Shown here one piece after another: positions 1 to 11,358 of a DNA stretch of 64,000 bases. The first letter of the stretch is position 1. The number at the start of each line of letters is the position of its first letter. The DNA is taken from positions 29,229 through 93,228 of the forward strand of contig NIVC01003520.1 of assembly GCA_002269645.1 (NCBI GenBank), given 5' to 3'. Made by a program: the position numbers and the translations under genes. Origin of the DNA: Macrostomum lignano. Lineage: Eukaryota. The notes beneath the pieces are model-generated. The model had not been told where the DNA came from. It saw only the letters and a list, made by a program, of their open reading frames with translations, and searched no databases.

Positions 1-2180
1 GCTCGCCCTGCCGCTCGCCATGCCACTCGCCCTGCTGCCGGCCCTGCTGCCGTTCCTGCTGCCGGTCCTGCTGCCGGCCCTGCTGCCGTTCCTGCTGCCG
101 GTCCTGCTGCCGGCCCTGCTGCCGTTCCTGCTGCCGGTCCTGCTGCCGGCCCTGCTGCCGGCCCTGCCGCCGGTCCTGCTGCCGGCCCTGCTGCCGGTCC
201 TGCTGCCGGCCCTGCTGCCGGCCCTGCTGCCGGCCCTGCTGCCGGCCCTGCTGCCGGCCCTGCTGCCGGTCCTGCTGCCGGCCCTGCTGCCGGTCCTGCT
301 GCCGGCCCTGCTGCCGGCCCAGCCGCCGGCCCTGCTGCCGGCCCTGCTGCCGGCCCAGCCGCCGGCCCTGCCGCCGGTCCTGCTGCCGGCCCAGCCGCCG
401 GCCCTGCCGCCGGTCCTGCTACCGGCCCAGCCGCTGGCCCTGCCGCCGGCCCTGCCGCCGGCCCCGCTGCCGGCCCTGCTGCCGGTCCTGCTGCCGGCGC
501 TGCTGCCGGCCCTGTTGCCGGCCCGGTGGCTGCACTCCGAAAACGTTGGCCGCTGTTAACTGCTGCTTGGACACCAGTCCTGCTCGGAGACTCGGACGCG
601 GAGTTTCTGATCGCGGGAATTCGCGATGGCTTTCGCATCACCGACGCGGCTCCGACCAGCGAATCCCAGCTCGAAAATCATGCATCCGCCCGCTGCGAGG
701 CAAATCGGAATGCCGTTGAGCTGCAGATCAGAGAGGAGGTCGTGGCTGGCCGGTACATCAGCGCAACTGACTTGGGCATCGCCAGGCCGACCATCATCAG
801 CCCACTGGGCGCCGTCCGAAGGCAGACGGCGCCATCCGCCTGATTCACGACGCGTCCGCGCCACAGGGCAACAGCCTCAACGATCTGTACAAGCCCCGCC
901 AGAAGATGAAGTTTGCCAATGTCGAGGATCTCACCAGGCAGCTGGCACCAAGCTGGTTCATCAGCAAGGTCGACCTACGCCACGCCTACCGAAGTGTTCA
1001 GGTGCACCCAGACTGCTATAAGGCGACGGGGCTCCGGTGGACGTTCGAGCTGGACGGTCAGCCCACTTATCTGGTTGACACGCGACTCCCATTCGGTGCG
1101 GCGGCATCAGTCAACATTTTCCACCGCCTAACGCAAGCTGTCAAGCGCTTTATGTACAGGCAATTCTCGCATCTGTCCAAATTCGTCGTCATCGCATACC
1201 TCGACGATTTCTGCATAGCTGCCTAGGGCTACGAAGTCTGCCTGCAGCTGCACAATTTTCTGCTGGCCACACTGCAGCGCCTCGGCTTTGAGATCAACTG
1301 GGCCAAGACGCAGAGCCCAGCCACTTCGGTCACTTTCCTGGGTGTGCAGATCGACACATTGACTGGCCTGCTGTCACTGCCCGCCAAGAAGATGGACGGC
1401 CTTCGAGAACTTCTCCAGGACTGCGCCAACTCGAAGAGCCTGCAAAAACGTCGCCTTCAGCACCTAGTCGGCAAACTGAACTGGTTCTGCAAAGTGGCCA
1501 AACCTGCAAAGGCCCTGCTTCGCGCGCTCCTGGAGATAACCATCGCTATTCCTGAGCAGCATCATCGAGTACCGGTGCGCGGCGAGCTACTGGCCCAGTT
1601 GCAGTTCTGGCAGCATGCAATCCCAGTGTTCCCGACCGACAAGCTGTGGCGGCGTGCACGAGTGCTGGCAGCGGTCGAGACGGACGCCTGCGTCAGTGCC
1701 GGTGGCATGATCCTGAGCACCTCTGATGGCCAGCGCGAGTTCCGCCTCGTCGACTTCTGCAGTGACGCCGGTGGCATCTTCCTGAGCGAGCACATCAACG
1801 CCAAGGAGACGGTACTGCCGCTGCTCGCCATCATTCTGTTCCAGGAGCAGCTGGCCGGCGGCAAGGTGGCCTGCTACGTCGACAGCAGCGCGGCGGTCGG
1901 CACCATCAACCGCGGTGCCTCCAGCAACCCGATCGTCATGACCCTGCTCAAAACGGCCACTCTGGCAGCGCTGAGGCACGACTTTCAGTTTCGAGCTCAC
2001 CATATGCCGGGGTCCTGGCAGCTGCTGAGCGACCCGCTGTCGCGCTGCCTGACGCATCCCCGCCACATGCTGCTGTTTCTGCTGCGCTACTTCGGCCGGG
2101 CCAAGGCGCAGCCGGAAGATCTGCGGCTCCTACCAGCATTCCTACCAGCACTGTATCTGTGTAGCAATTTGCTGCATTAG
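1..2180 (+). mobile_element. DIRS/Ngaro-like (tyrosine-recombinase class) retrotransposon remnant, RT-RNase H pol region, truncated at 3' end and running off the left edge
   Basis: Frame 1 is open from 1 to 843 (AGPA repeats, then [24 protein letters not shown]...IISPLGAV). A 1-nt shift at ~816 continues as KADGAIRLIHDASAPQGNSLND..KVDLRHAYRSV..RLPFG..YLDDF (RT core). After an in-frame TAG at 1224-1226 it reads LGFEINWAKT..TFLGVQID..LVGKLNW..ETDAC..HINAKE..YVDSSAAV..DPLSR (DIRS-type RNase H). No tyrosine recombinase or terminal repeats are visible. Confidence 0.85.
41..525 (+). repeat. 12-bp GC-rich tandem repeat (GCCGGCCCTGCT-like), probably coding (AGPA)n inside the retroelement ORF
   Basis: Near-perfect 12-bp units. 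Frame 1 reads [12 protein letters not shown] and is in frame with the RT N-terminus at 526. Confidence 0.85.
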
Positions 2181-2554
2181 CTCGTATTCCTACCAGCACT
2201 GTATCTGTGTAGCAACGAACCGACCCAGTGGAAACTCCGACGACTTTGCTTTTAATGCTCCAACGCGCTTGATAACCTCTTCCTGCTGGCTGTAGCTCGT
2301 ATCACAACTTCTATTAAGTAACTGATGGAAATAAATGATAGAATCTCTATTGTGTGAGGGAAACGCTTGAGCGTGAACGATTAAGGTATGGATCGACTGA
2401 CTCAGCAACCCTTATCCTTCGTTGGGGTTTTTCAATAAATACTAATTATTGTTGGGCCTTGGAGCATGGGAAGGATTCATTGGTGCCAAAAATCCTGGTT
2501 GCAATATATCAACTATTTGTAGAAGCTAAAACCCAGTATGCAACATAACGATGC

Positions 2555-3000
2555 ATCATGTCAACCCTAAAAAAAGCGTCATGTCAACAATAAAGAAGCG
2601 TCATGTCAACAATAAAGAAGCGTCATGTCAACAATAAAGAAGCGTCATGTCAAACATAAGAGAATCGTCATGTCATAAAGGAAGCCATGAAAGTCCATAA
2701 AAGAAGCCATGTAATGACCATAAAAGAAGCCATGAAATGACCATAAAAGAAGCCATGAAATGACCATAAAAGAAGCCATGAAATGACCACAAAAGAAGCC
2801 ATGAAATGACCAAAAAAGAAGCCATGAAATGACCAAAAAAGAAGCCATGAAATGACCAAAAAAGAAGCCATGAAATGACCAAAAAAGAAGCCATGAAATG
2901 ACCAAAAAAGAAGCCATGAAATGACCAAAAAAGAAGCCATGAAATGACCAAAAAAGAAGCCATGAAATGACCAAAAAAGAAGCGTCATGTCAACCGTAAA
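2555..3000. repeat. Compound minisatellite (22-bp GCGTCATGTCAACAATAAAGAA and 23-bp AAAAGAAGCCATGAAATGACCAA units)
   Basis: Tandem units read directly. Confidence 0.9.
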
Positions 3001-3744
3001 AGATTCAAGGGAAATTGCCAAGAGGCCAAGGCTCGTAGGAGATATAGGGTATTGATGAAATTCTGACGCTCAACTGGGTAGAGCAGGATTCAACCATAAA
3101 AGTATAGCCCTGTCAACCATAAACGGCTTATGGGACAATTGCTTAGATGTCAAGGCTTATGGGGCGTAATGGCTAAAATGCTGTGCACACGGGGTGAGTT
3201 GCTTAGATGTAGGACTCATGGGGGGATCGCTGAAATGATGCGATTCATGGGGAGAATTGTTGAAGTGTCAAGGTTCATGGAAAGGGGGAATTTCTGTGGC
3301 ATTGCTGTGGCATTAACAAACTTTAATAAATTAACAATAGCAACTGCAAAAAACTAAAACCTACATGTAGTTTATTTAAAAAAATTCTTTCTCTTTTGCC
3401 TCCCCAACGAGTGCTTCAATCGCTTTTATGGCATAATTCCGTATGTTTAATTATTGCTTTCCAGTCTCCGATACGGGGCAGTTTTAACATCGAATGTGTT
3501 TTTGCATTTCGTTGCAAAACATTTCTGAACTTTGTCTGAACTTCAGAGTTCTCAACTTCCTTTTTGGCACTCAAGTTTGCGACACCAGAACGGTTTTGAC
3601 TTGACAAGGTTTTTTAAATAATAAAAAACTCTCGTTGATTTTAAAACCGTCTCCTTTGTTAGACAGACGACAATATGTTTTATTCCGTTTATTGTTGATT
3701 AATTGACAATTTCGCTCTGGGTCTAGAACTTCACAGAGAAACAG

Positions 3745-4310
3745 TTCCCTTCATTGAGAGACTGTTAGTTCCCTTCATTGAGAGACTGTCAGTTGCCTTC
3801 ATTGAGAGACTGTGTCAGTTCCCTTCATTGATAGACTGTGTCAGTTCCCTTCATTGATAGACTGTGTCAGTTCCCTTCATTGAGAGACTGTGTCAGTTCA
3901 TTTCATTGAGAGACTGTGTCAGTTCCCTTCATTGATAGACTGTGTTAGTTCCCTTCATTAAGAGACTGTCAGTTCCCTTCATTAAGAGACTGTCAGTTCC
4001 CTTCATTAAGAGACTGTCAGTTGCCTTCATTTATAGACTGTGTCAGTTCCCTTCATTGAGAGACTGTGTCAGTTCCCTTCATTGATAGACTGTGTTAATT
4101 CCCTTTATTAAGAGACTGTCAGTTCCCTTCATTAAGAGACTGTCAGTTCCCTTCATTAAGAGACTGTCAGTTGCCTTCATTGAGAGACTGTGTCAGTTCC
4201 CTTCATTGATAGACTGTGTCAGTTCCCTTCATTGAGAGACTGTCAGTTGCCTTCATTGAGAGACTGTGTCAGTTCCCTTTATTTATAGACTGTGTCAGTT
4301 GCCTTAAGAG
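3745..4310. repeat. Minisatellite, 24/26-bp unit GTTCCCTTCATTGAGAGACTGTGTCA
   Basis: Tandem units read directly. Confidence 0.9.
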
Positions 4311-4659
4311 ACTGAAACGATGCCTTGATTGAGAAGAAACGTGGCTGAATTTCAAAAAATTTTGTTTGCAATCTTACCTTCCTGAAAGACTGCACCCTAC
4401 ACTGTGTAAGAAGGATGAAGCAGTCTCTGAAATTTCTTCAGCAAAAAGTAAAATTTCTGACAGCGGAAGACGAACCGGACGCTGACAAAAAGTGTTGTCG
4501 CTTTTTACCTATAAAAAGCCTAAATTAAAGAAGCTTTTGTTTAGATCGTCACCGGAAAGCAGCAAAACTTTTCTACTAATTTGTGATCGATTTAAATTTT
4601 TACTTTATGCCTTTCCTGTGATACTTTTCCTGTGTGTGCTTTCAGTATCCTGCCATTCC

Positions 4660-5325
4660 GGGTCAGAGAGGCAGACAGGCAATCAAAACGGGTCAGAGAG
4701 GCAGACAGGCAATCAAAACGGGTCAGAGAGGCAGACAGGCAATTAAAACGGGTCAGAGAGGCAGACAGGCAATTAAAACGAGTCAGAGAGGCAGACAGGC
4801 AATTAAAACGAGTCAGAGAGGCAGACAGGCAATTAAAACGGGTCAGAGAGGCAGACAGGCAATTAAAACGAGTCAGAGAGGCAGACAGGCAATTAAAACG
4901 GGTCAGAGAGGCAGACAGGCAATTAAAACGAGTCAGAGAGGCAGACAGGCAATCAAAACGGGTCAGAGAGGCAGACAGGCAATCAAAACGGGTCAGAGAG
5001 GCAGACAGGCAATTAAAACGAGTCAGAGAGGCAGACAGGCAATCAAAACGGGTCAGAGAGGCAGACAGGCAATCAAAACGGGTCAGAGAGGCAGACAGGC
5101 AATTAAAACGAGTCAGAGAGGCAGACAGGCAATCAAAACGGGTCAGAGAGGCAGACAGGCAATCAAAACGGGTCAGAGAGGCAGACAGGCAATTAAAACG
5201 GGTCAGAGAGGCAGACAGGCAATCAAAACGGGTCAGAGAGGCAGACAGGCAATTAAAACGGGTCAGAGGGGGAGACAGGCGATTAAAACGGGTCAGACAG
5301 GGAGGCAGGCAATCAAAACGGGTTC
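4660..5325. repeat. Minisatellite, 30-bp unit GGGTCAGAGAGGCAGACAGGCAATCAAAAC
   Basis: About 22 tandem units; source of the repetitive ORFs at 4632/4634. Confidence 0.95.
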
Positions 5326-5486
5326 AGACAGCTTACATCATTATGGTTACCGGCAATTAAGAAATTCTGACAGTAGTACTTAATTATTTTGACAAGCATA
5401 ATCAATTTATTGGCTCAGTGGATAAAAATTGTCAGCACTGCAGAATCAAGTTCATCATTAGTCAGTGCAGTCAGGACCAGCCCCTA

Positions 5487-7009
5487 CTAGTTGGACCTGC
5501 AGGGCCCACCCGGCCTAGCGGTGTACTCGTACCGCAATCCTCGCTCCTCGATGACATTCTTGCCCAGTCGGATGCGGCCTTCCAGCTTGCGTTTTTGCCT
5601 CTTTAGGATGCCATTCTCGGTTTTCTTCACTTGGAACTGGCTGTCTTGGATAACCTTGTAGTGCGCGGTGTCGGACAGGATCTCCACCCAGCCGCGCTGC
5701 CAGGTGGACTTGCTGCGCTTCAGCTTGGTCGAGCGGACCAGGTCCCAGCTGCCCGACCAGTACACCTCGTTAAAAGTCAGGGACACTTTAATGTCGCCAA
5801 CTCTGGACGGGTCAAGGACTTTGACGCTCTGATCGGAGAGCCACCACCAGTTTTGTTTGCATTCGATCGCAGAGGCGGAGCTGACCAGGCACAGGTGAAG
5901 GCAGGCGACCAGAAGCACCAGTACGAGGTTGGTTTTAGCCTACGGATTGTCAAAATGCAGGCGTAGGCTTAGTACTATTTCAGTAGTATCAATAGGGTTT
6001 CATCTCATAATAGTAATCTAAGCACGCAAAGAATGGGTATCAATGATATTTTACCATAGACTATTTTGCCTAAGCTACAGATTGAGAGTGAGGGGACGAG
6101 GAGGTGGAGGCGAAGCCACCATAGACTATTTTACCTAAGCTACAGACTGAGAGTGACGGGACGAGGAGGTGGAGGCGAAGCTACCATAGACTATTTTACC
6201 TAAGCTACAGACTGAGAGTGACGGGAAGAGGAGGTGGAGGCGAAGCTACCATAGACTATTTTACCTAAGCTACAGACTGAGAGTGACGGGAAGAGGAGGT
6301 GGAGGCGAAGCTACCATAGACTATTTTACCTAAGCTACAGACTGAGAGTGACGGGAAGAGGAGGTGGAGGCGAAGCTACCATAGACTATTTTACCTAAGC
6401 TACAGACTGAGAGTGACGGGAAGAGGAGTTGGAGGCGAAGCTACCATAGACTATTTTACCTAAGCTACAGACTGAGAGTGACGGGAAGAGGAGGTGGAGG
6501 CGAAGCTACCATAGACTATTTTACCTAAGCTACAGACTGAGAGTGACGGGAAGAGGAGGTGGAGGCGAAGCTACCATAGACTATTTTACCTAAGCTACAG
6601 ACTGAGAGTGACGGGAAGAGGAGGTGGAGGCGAAGCTACCATAGACTATTTATGTTGTTTATACATTTTTGGCAGTTAAAAGATTTAACCAAAGAGTTTC
6701 ATAATACGACAGCTAATTATGGAACTCCTTGCTTTAACTGACCGCAATTTACGGGCTGTTTAATTGGGTTTTGGCCATAGACAGCTCGTTGTGTGAACTG
6801 CATTTCATGATTTCTCTACCGCTCAATTTCAATAGCTCACCGTCCAAAAATCTACTCGTAATATGCCTTTAAAGACATACCTCTTGTTTTATTTACAAAA
6901 TTAGAAAGTTCAGAAGTTGATATCATTACTAATATTGTGAATTTAGGTTATTCTTAATTCAATTCAGGAACGATTTCTTAGTTCAAGTTGAATAAAATCA
7001 ACTTACCAT
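5487..7009 (-). CDS. Small secreted protein of unrecognised family, paralog 1 (~151 aa)
   Basis: The coding part of exon 1 is only ATG (7009-7007), followed by GTAAGT. Acceptor ...ATCCGTAG precedes exon 2 (5939-5487). Product: M-AKTNLVLVLLVACLHLCLVSSASA (signal peptide)-IECKQNWWW..FNEVYWSGSWDLVR..RLGKNVI..YEYT..C. Homologous to the ORFs at 9743 and 11359. Confidence 0.8.
6054..6650. repeat. Intronic minisatellite, 65-bp unit (ACCATAGACTATTTTACCTAAGCTACAGACTGAGAGTGACGGG...)
   Basis: About 9 tandem units inside the paralog 1 intron. Confidence 0.95.
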
Positions 7010-8484
7010 GATGCTGGATAGATTTCAAAGTTGAGAGAAATGCAGTACAGAGCACAAGACAACTGGTTTGATACAGTAGTTATCTATCCTGCCTGACACA
7101 ACTTGTTATATACTAAGTTCGGTCGGCTTTGTCACCACGTGCCTTATCGTTGCGTCATGGTGCTGCTTTCAAATTGTCGTTACAGACACCTGCGGAAGTT
7201 AATTGGAGTACCTCACCACCTTCTGGTAAATTCGTTGGATTGCGCAACAGTGCATTTAGTTTGTTCGGAACAACATCAACAGCAACAATTCGGTTGGTTC
7301 TGTCACCTGCTCTGTTATCTTGTTTAGAATATAGCCGCTTTGAAGTTGAAGATGTGCTCCCGTTAAAGCAGCCGAGCTGTTTGTCGAAATGCATCCCACT
7401 TTGCCTGTACGCCTTGTCTATATCGCTAGTGCTTTTTCTGGCGGAGATTCTCACTAAGTAACCTCTGCTGCCATGGGCAATAAAATTAACGCCTTGAGCC
7501 AGAGTGAGGTTGATTGAACACTTTCTTCTACCATAGACAAAACGTGTCCCGCGAATACAGGGAGCGGAGAATACTCATAATCTCCGCGAATCTAGTCAAT
7601 ATTCTCCGCTCCTTGCATTCGTGGGATACATTTCAATAACCATCTGAAACGAGGAGAATGTCTATCTAGAATCTCCAAGGCCTACATAAGATACATTTAA
7701 TTTCTCGAATTGCACATTTCAACAGCCTAACATCTATTAGTACATTACATGTTAGTATAGCTTTAACCAGATTTATTAACCAGGATTAACCACAGAATAC
7801 ACCAGAATGCTCAATCGACCCCTCTGCATAAAAAACCCATAGCAAAAAATAAATTTATGACATGCTACTCCTAGGGTGAAGCGATTTGTGAGCAGAGCTG
7901 AAGTGCATTTCTATAGACGTGTCCAAATGTTAGTTTAGATACTTCTCTAGTAATGACATCGATCGTGCATATCATTGAGTTGCCAACAAGGACAAAGAAC
8001 TCCTTGCTCTAAAACGCCGGTTCGCCGAGTTCAATACTCTCATATATTCCTTCAACTCATTACTTTTTGGATCGATCTTGTCTTCAATCATTTGCTATTT
8101 CCCATCGGCTGCCACCGCAATACTGCCACTTAGATAAGCGAACTGATTGGGCATTCTGGGTGTATCTTGTGGGATTAACTTAATGTAATAACTAGGATTA
8201 ATACATTTAGCTAATTAAATAATTATTTACCATATTCCGAATGGATGGCTATGAACTATAAACTTTTACTTACGCTTTAAGTTGAACATTAGTTACCTCT
8301 CTATGGCTCAAGTAGACTTATATAATAAAATACTCTGTATACACGTAGCAGCAAACTAAGCGAAAAGTTCATAAAATTCTGCACTCTTGTTCAATTCTCT
8401 CGTTCAAGTTTTTTCAACTGGAACGATCATATCGATTATCAACACAACAGCTCGTCTTCGTGCTCGGATACTCGAAGCCTCTGC

Positions 8485-10237
8485 ATGGTAAGCAGCTTGG
8501 TTGTTGACTGCGTCTCACGAATGCCAGGGAGATGGAGATACACCTGTGCTAACAGGGTGTCAGGAGATGGGGATACACCTGTGCTAACAGGGTGTCAGGA
8601 GATGGGGATACACCTGTGCTAACAGGGTGTCAGGAGATGGGGATACACCTGTGCTAACAGGGTGTCAGGAGATGGGAATGCACCTGTGCAAACAGGGTGT
8701 CAGGAGATGGGAATGCACCTGTGCTAACAGAGTATCAGGAGATGGGAATGCATCTGTGCAAACAGGGTGTCAGGAGATGGGAATGCATCTGTGCTAACAG
8801 GGTGTCAGGAGATGGGAATGCATCTGTGCTAACAGGGTGTCAGGAGATGGGAATGCATCTGTGCTAACAGGGTGTCAGGAGATGGGGATACACTTGTGCT
8901 AACAGGGTGTCAGGAGATGGAGATACACTTGTGCTAACAGGGTGTCAGGAGATGGGAATGCACCTGTGCTAACAGGGTGTCAGGAGATGGGAATGCATCT
9001 GTGCTAACAGGGTGTCAGGAGATGGGAATGCATCTGTGCTAACAGGGTGTCAGGAGATGGGAATGCATCTGTGCAAACAGGGTGTCAGGAGATGGGAATG
9101 CATCTGTGCTAACAGGGTGTCAGGAGATGGGAATGCATCTGTGCTAACAGGGTGTCAGGAGATGGGAATGCATCTGTGCTAACAGGGTGTCAGGAGATGG
9201 GAATGCATCTGTGCTAACAGGGTGTCAGGAGATGGGAATGCACCTGTGCTAACAGAGTATCAGGAGATGGGAATGCATCTGTGCTAACAGGGTGTCAGGA
9301 GATGGGAATGCATCTGTGCTAACAGGGTGTCAGGAGATGGGAATGCATCTGTGCTAACAGGGTGTCAGGAGATGGGAATGCATCTGTGCAAACAGGGTGT
9401 CAGGAGATGGGAATGCACCTGTGCTAACAGAGTGTCAGGAGATGGGAATGCATCTGTGCTAACAGGGTGTCAGGAGATGGGAATGCATCTGTGCTAACAG
9501 GGTGTTAGGAGATGGGAATGCATCTGTGCTAACAGGGTGTCAGGAGATGGGAATGCATCTGTGCTAACTTCAGAATGGAAGAAGAAGAATTTCAGAATGG
9601 AAGAGACCCCGATGCGATGTCTCCACGTTTCTATTCGACGTCTTTTAAGTTGACCCCCCCCCCAAAAAAAATGCTCAAAAAACGCGCTGACACCTCCCCA
9701 TAAAAGTGCATAAATAAACATTCGATACTCGATTGCCGCCAGCGACGCCTGGCCTGCAGCATCGGGTCCATCTGCAGCCTGCACTTGGTCATCAGCTGGG
9801 CAGTCTTGGCCAATGCCGGCGACAACAGTCCGAAACAGTTGGCCGCTGTGACCATCTGCGACGGTCGACGGCTGTGGAAGCTGGCCAACCAGCGCGTCTC
9901 GGTGCTCAACCCCTGGTGGGGTGGCGTCAGTGCGGCTGTGGCATTCAAGGAGTTCTTCAGGCTCGGCTCAACGGATATGATTCGCTGGCGTCGACTGGAC
10001 GGCAGCCGCAGCTGTGAGCGATTCGGGCATATTGACATTCTGGTTGACAGCACGGAGTACCGGGTGGTGGATGGCAGCGAGTTTCACGTTGAATACGATG
10101 ATCTCGGCAGCCAGGGCAACATGGCAGGCCATCTGAGGCTTGGCAAAAATATCTTCTCATCGGGGCCGCTTGAGTACGAGTACACGGCTGTGCTGGACTC
10201 CTGGTGCAAGAATTTTACAAGCCTGTCGCCCTGGTAA
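8485..10237 (+). CDS. Small secreted protein of unrecognised family, paralog 2 (~165 aa)
   Basis: ATG at 8485-8487 followed by GTAAGC. Acceptor GCCGCCAG precedes exon 2 (9743-10237). Product: M-RRLACSIGSICSLHLVISWAVLANA-..CDGRRLW..FKEFFRLGSTDMIR..RLGKNIF..YEYT..C. Confidence 0.8.
8524..9567. repeat. Intronic minisatellite, 35-bp unit CAGGAGATGGGAATGCATCTGTGCTAACAGGGTGT
   Basis: About 30 tandem units inside the paralog 2 intron. Confidence 0.95.
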
Positions 10238-10852
10238 GGCGATGAAGATCGCTTGTAATAATTCTATTACTATAACCGACTTATCACGAATTCATAAGCG
10301 ATACTTTAAGCTTCACGGGCACAATTTGCAAACTTTTGAATAAGTGTATTGATGAGTATTTCAAAATAAACAGTAAACCGCCTATTATTCATCCATTGTT
10401 GTTGCCGTTGCTTTTGGGCCTTTAATTCATTGTTACAATTGGTTTGAGAGTCCCTTTACTTTAGTAGTCCTTGTCAATTATTTACCATGGATAGCACGCC
10501 CTCAATGCCTAATAATAATAAAAATGTCGAAACTCGACTCATTGACTTTAGGGATCTATTTTATCATTCTGATATACATTTTCTTACAGTCATTAGTTGC
10601 TAAGAATGATAAAATTGATTCATAAAACCAACAATGAGTCGATTTGTGCTATTCCGTATGATTTTTAGTCAAAAGTTTTTTTAGACTTTCTAGACTAAAA
10701 AAAACTAAAAATTTTATAATTTTAGACAAAAATCTGAATGAATATCAATAGAGCCATAAGAAAGGCAAAACATATCAAAGGTTGAACACAAGGCCTCCAT
10801 TCTATCAAAAGTAATAACAATTTTGTTACGAAAAAAATTTCCCTTCTTCGTA

Positions 10853-11258
10853 ATGCGTTTTTCTCGGTGAAATCTGCCTCCTAAAGTTTTCCAAGAAACG
10901 TAGTTTTCCGTCCTACTTGAGTGCGTTTTTCTCGGTGAAATCTGCCTCCTAAAGTTTTCCAAGAAACGTAGTTTTCCGTCCTACTTGAGTGCGTTTTTCT
11001 CGGTGAAATCTGCCTCCTAAAGTTTTCCAAGAAACGTAGTTTTCCGTCCTACTTGAGTGCGTTTTTCTCGGTGAAATCTGCCTCCTAAAGTTTTCCAAGA
11101 AACGTAGTTTTCCGTCCTACTTGAGTGCGTTTTTCTCGGTGAAATCTGCCTCCTAAAGTTTTCCAAGAAACGTAGTTTTCCGTCCTACTTGAGTGCGTTT
11201 TTCTCGGTGAAATCTGCCTCCTAAAGTTTTCCAAGAAACGTAGTTTTCCGTCCTACTT
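10853..11258. repeat. Minisatellite, 68-bp unit (GCGTTTTTCTCGGTGAAATCTGCCTCCTAAAG...)
   Basis: About 6 near-identical units just upstream of the paralog 3 exon. Confidence 0.95.
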
Positions 11259-11358
11259 GAGCAGTCCTTGGTCGCGACAACTAAGACTACAGAACGCAGC
11301 ATATTATTTATTAGGCAAGTTGTATTCTCTGTCCGCCCCATTACACTTTCTCGGGCAG

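Noticed and set aside
20-559. Leu/Pro-rich 179-aa ORF ([10 protein letters not shown]...)
   Set aside because: Alternative frame of the 12-bp repeat; frame 1 (AGPA) is the one continuous with the RT.
2354-2548. Possible fourth paralog of the secreted family (LRYGSTD)
   Set aside because: Only a 4-residue match; no signal peptide, FxE, LG, YE or Cys pattern, and stops flank it.
2180-5400. Tyrosine recombinase or terminal repeats expected for a DIRS element
   Set aside because: No RHRY-type ORF or matching repeats are visible; the element appears truncated.
8440-8530. ATG|GTAAG exon ending GCATG as a spliced-leader RNA gene
   Set aside because: No Sm-binding site or SL RNA stem-loops are evident after the donor; a normal cis-spliced first exon explains it.
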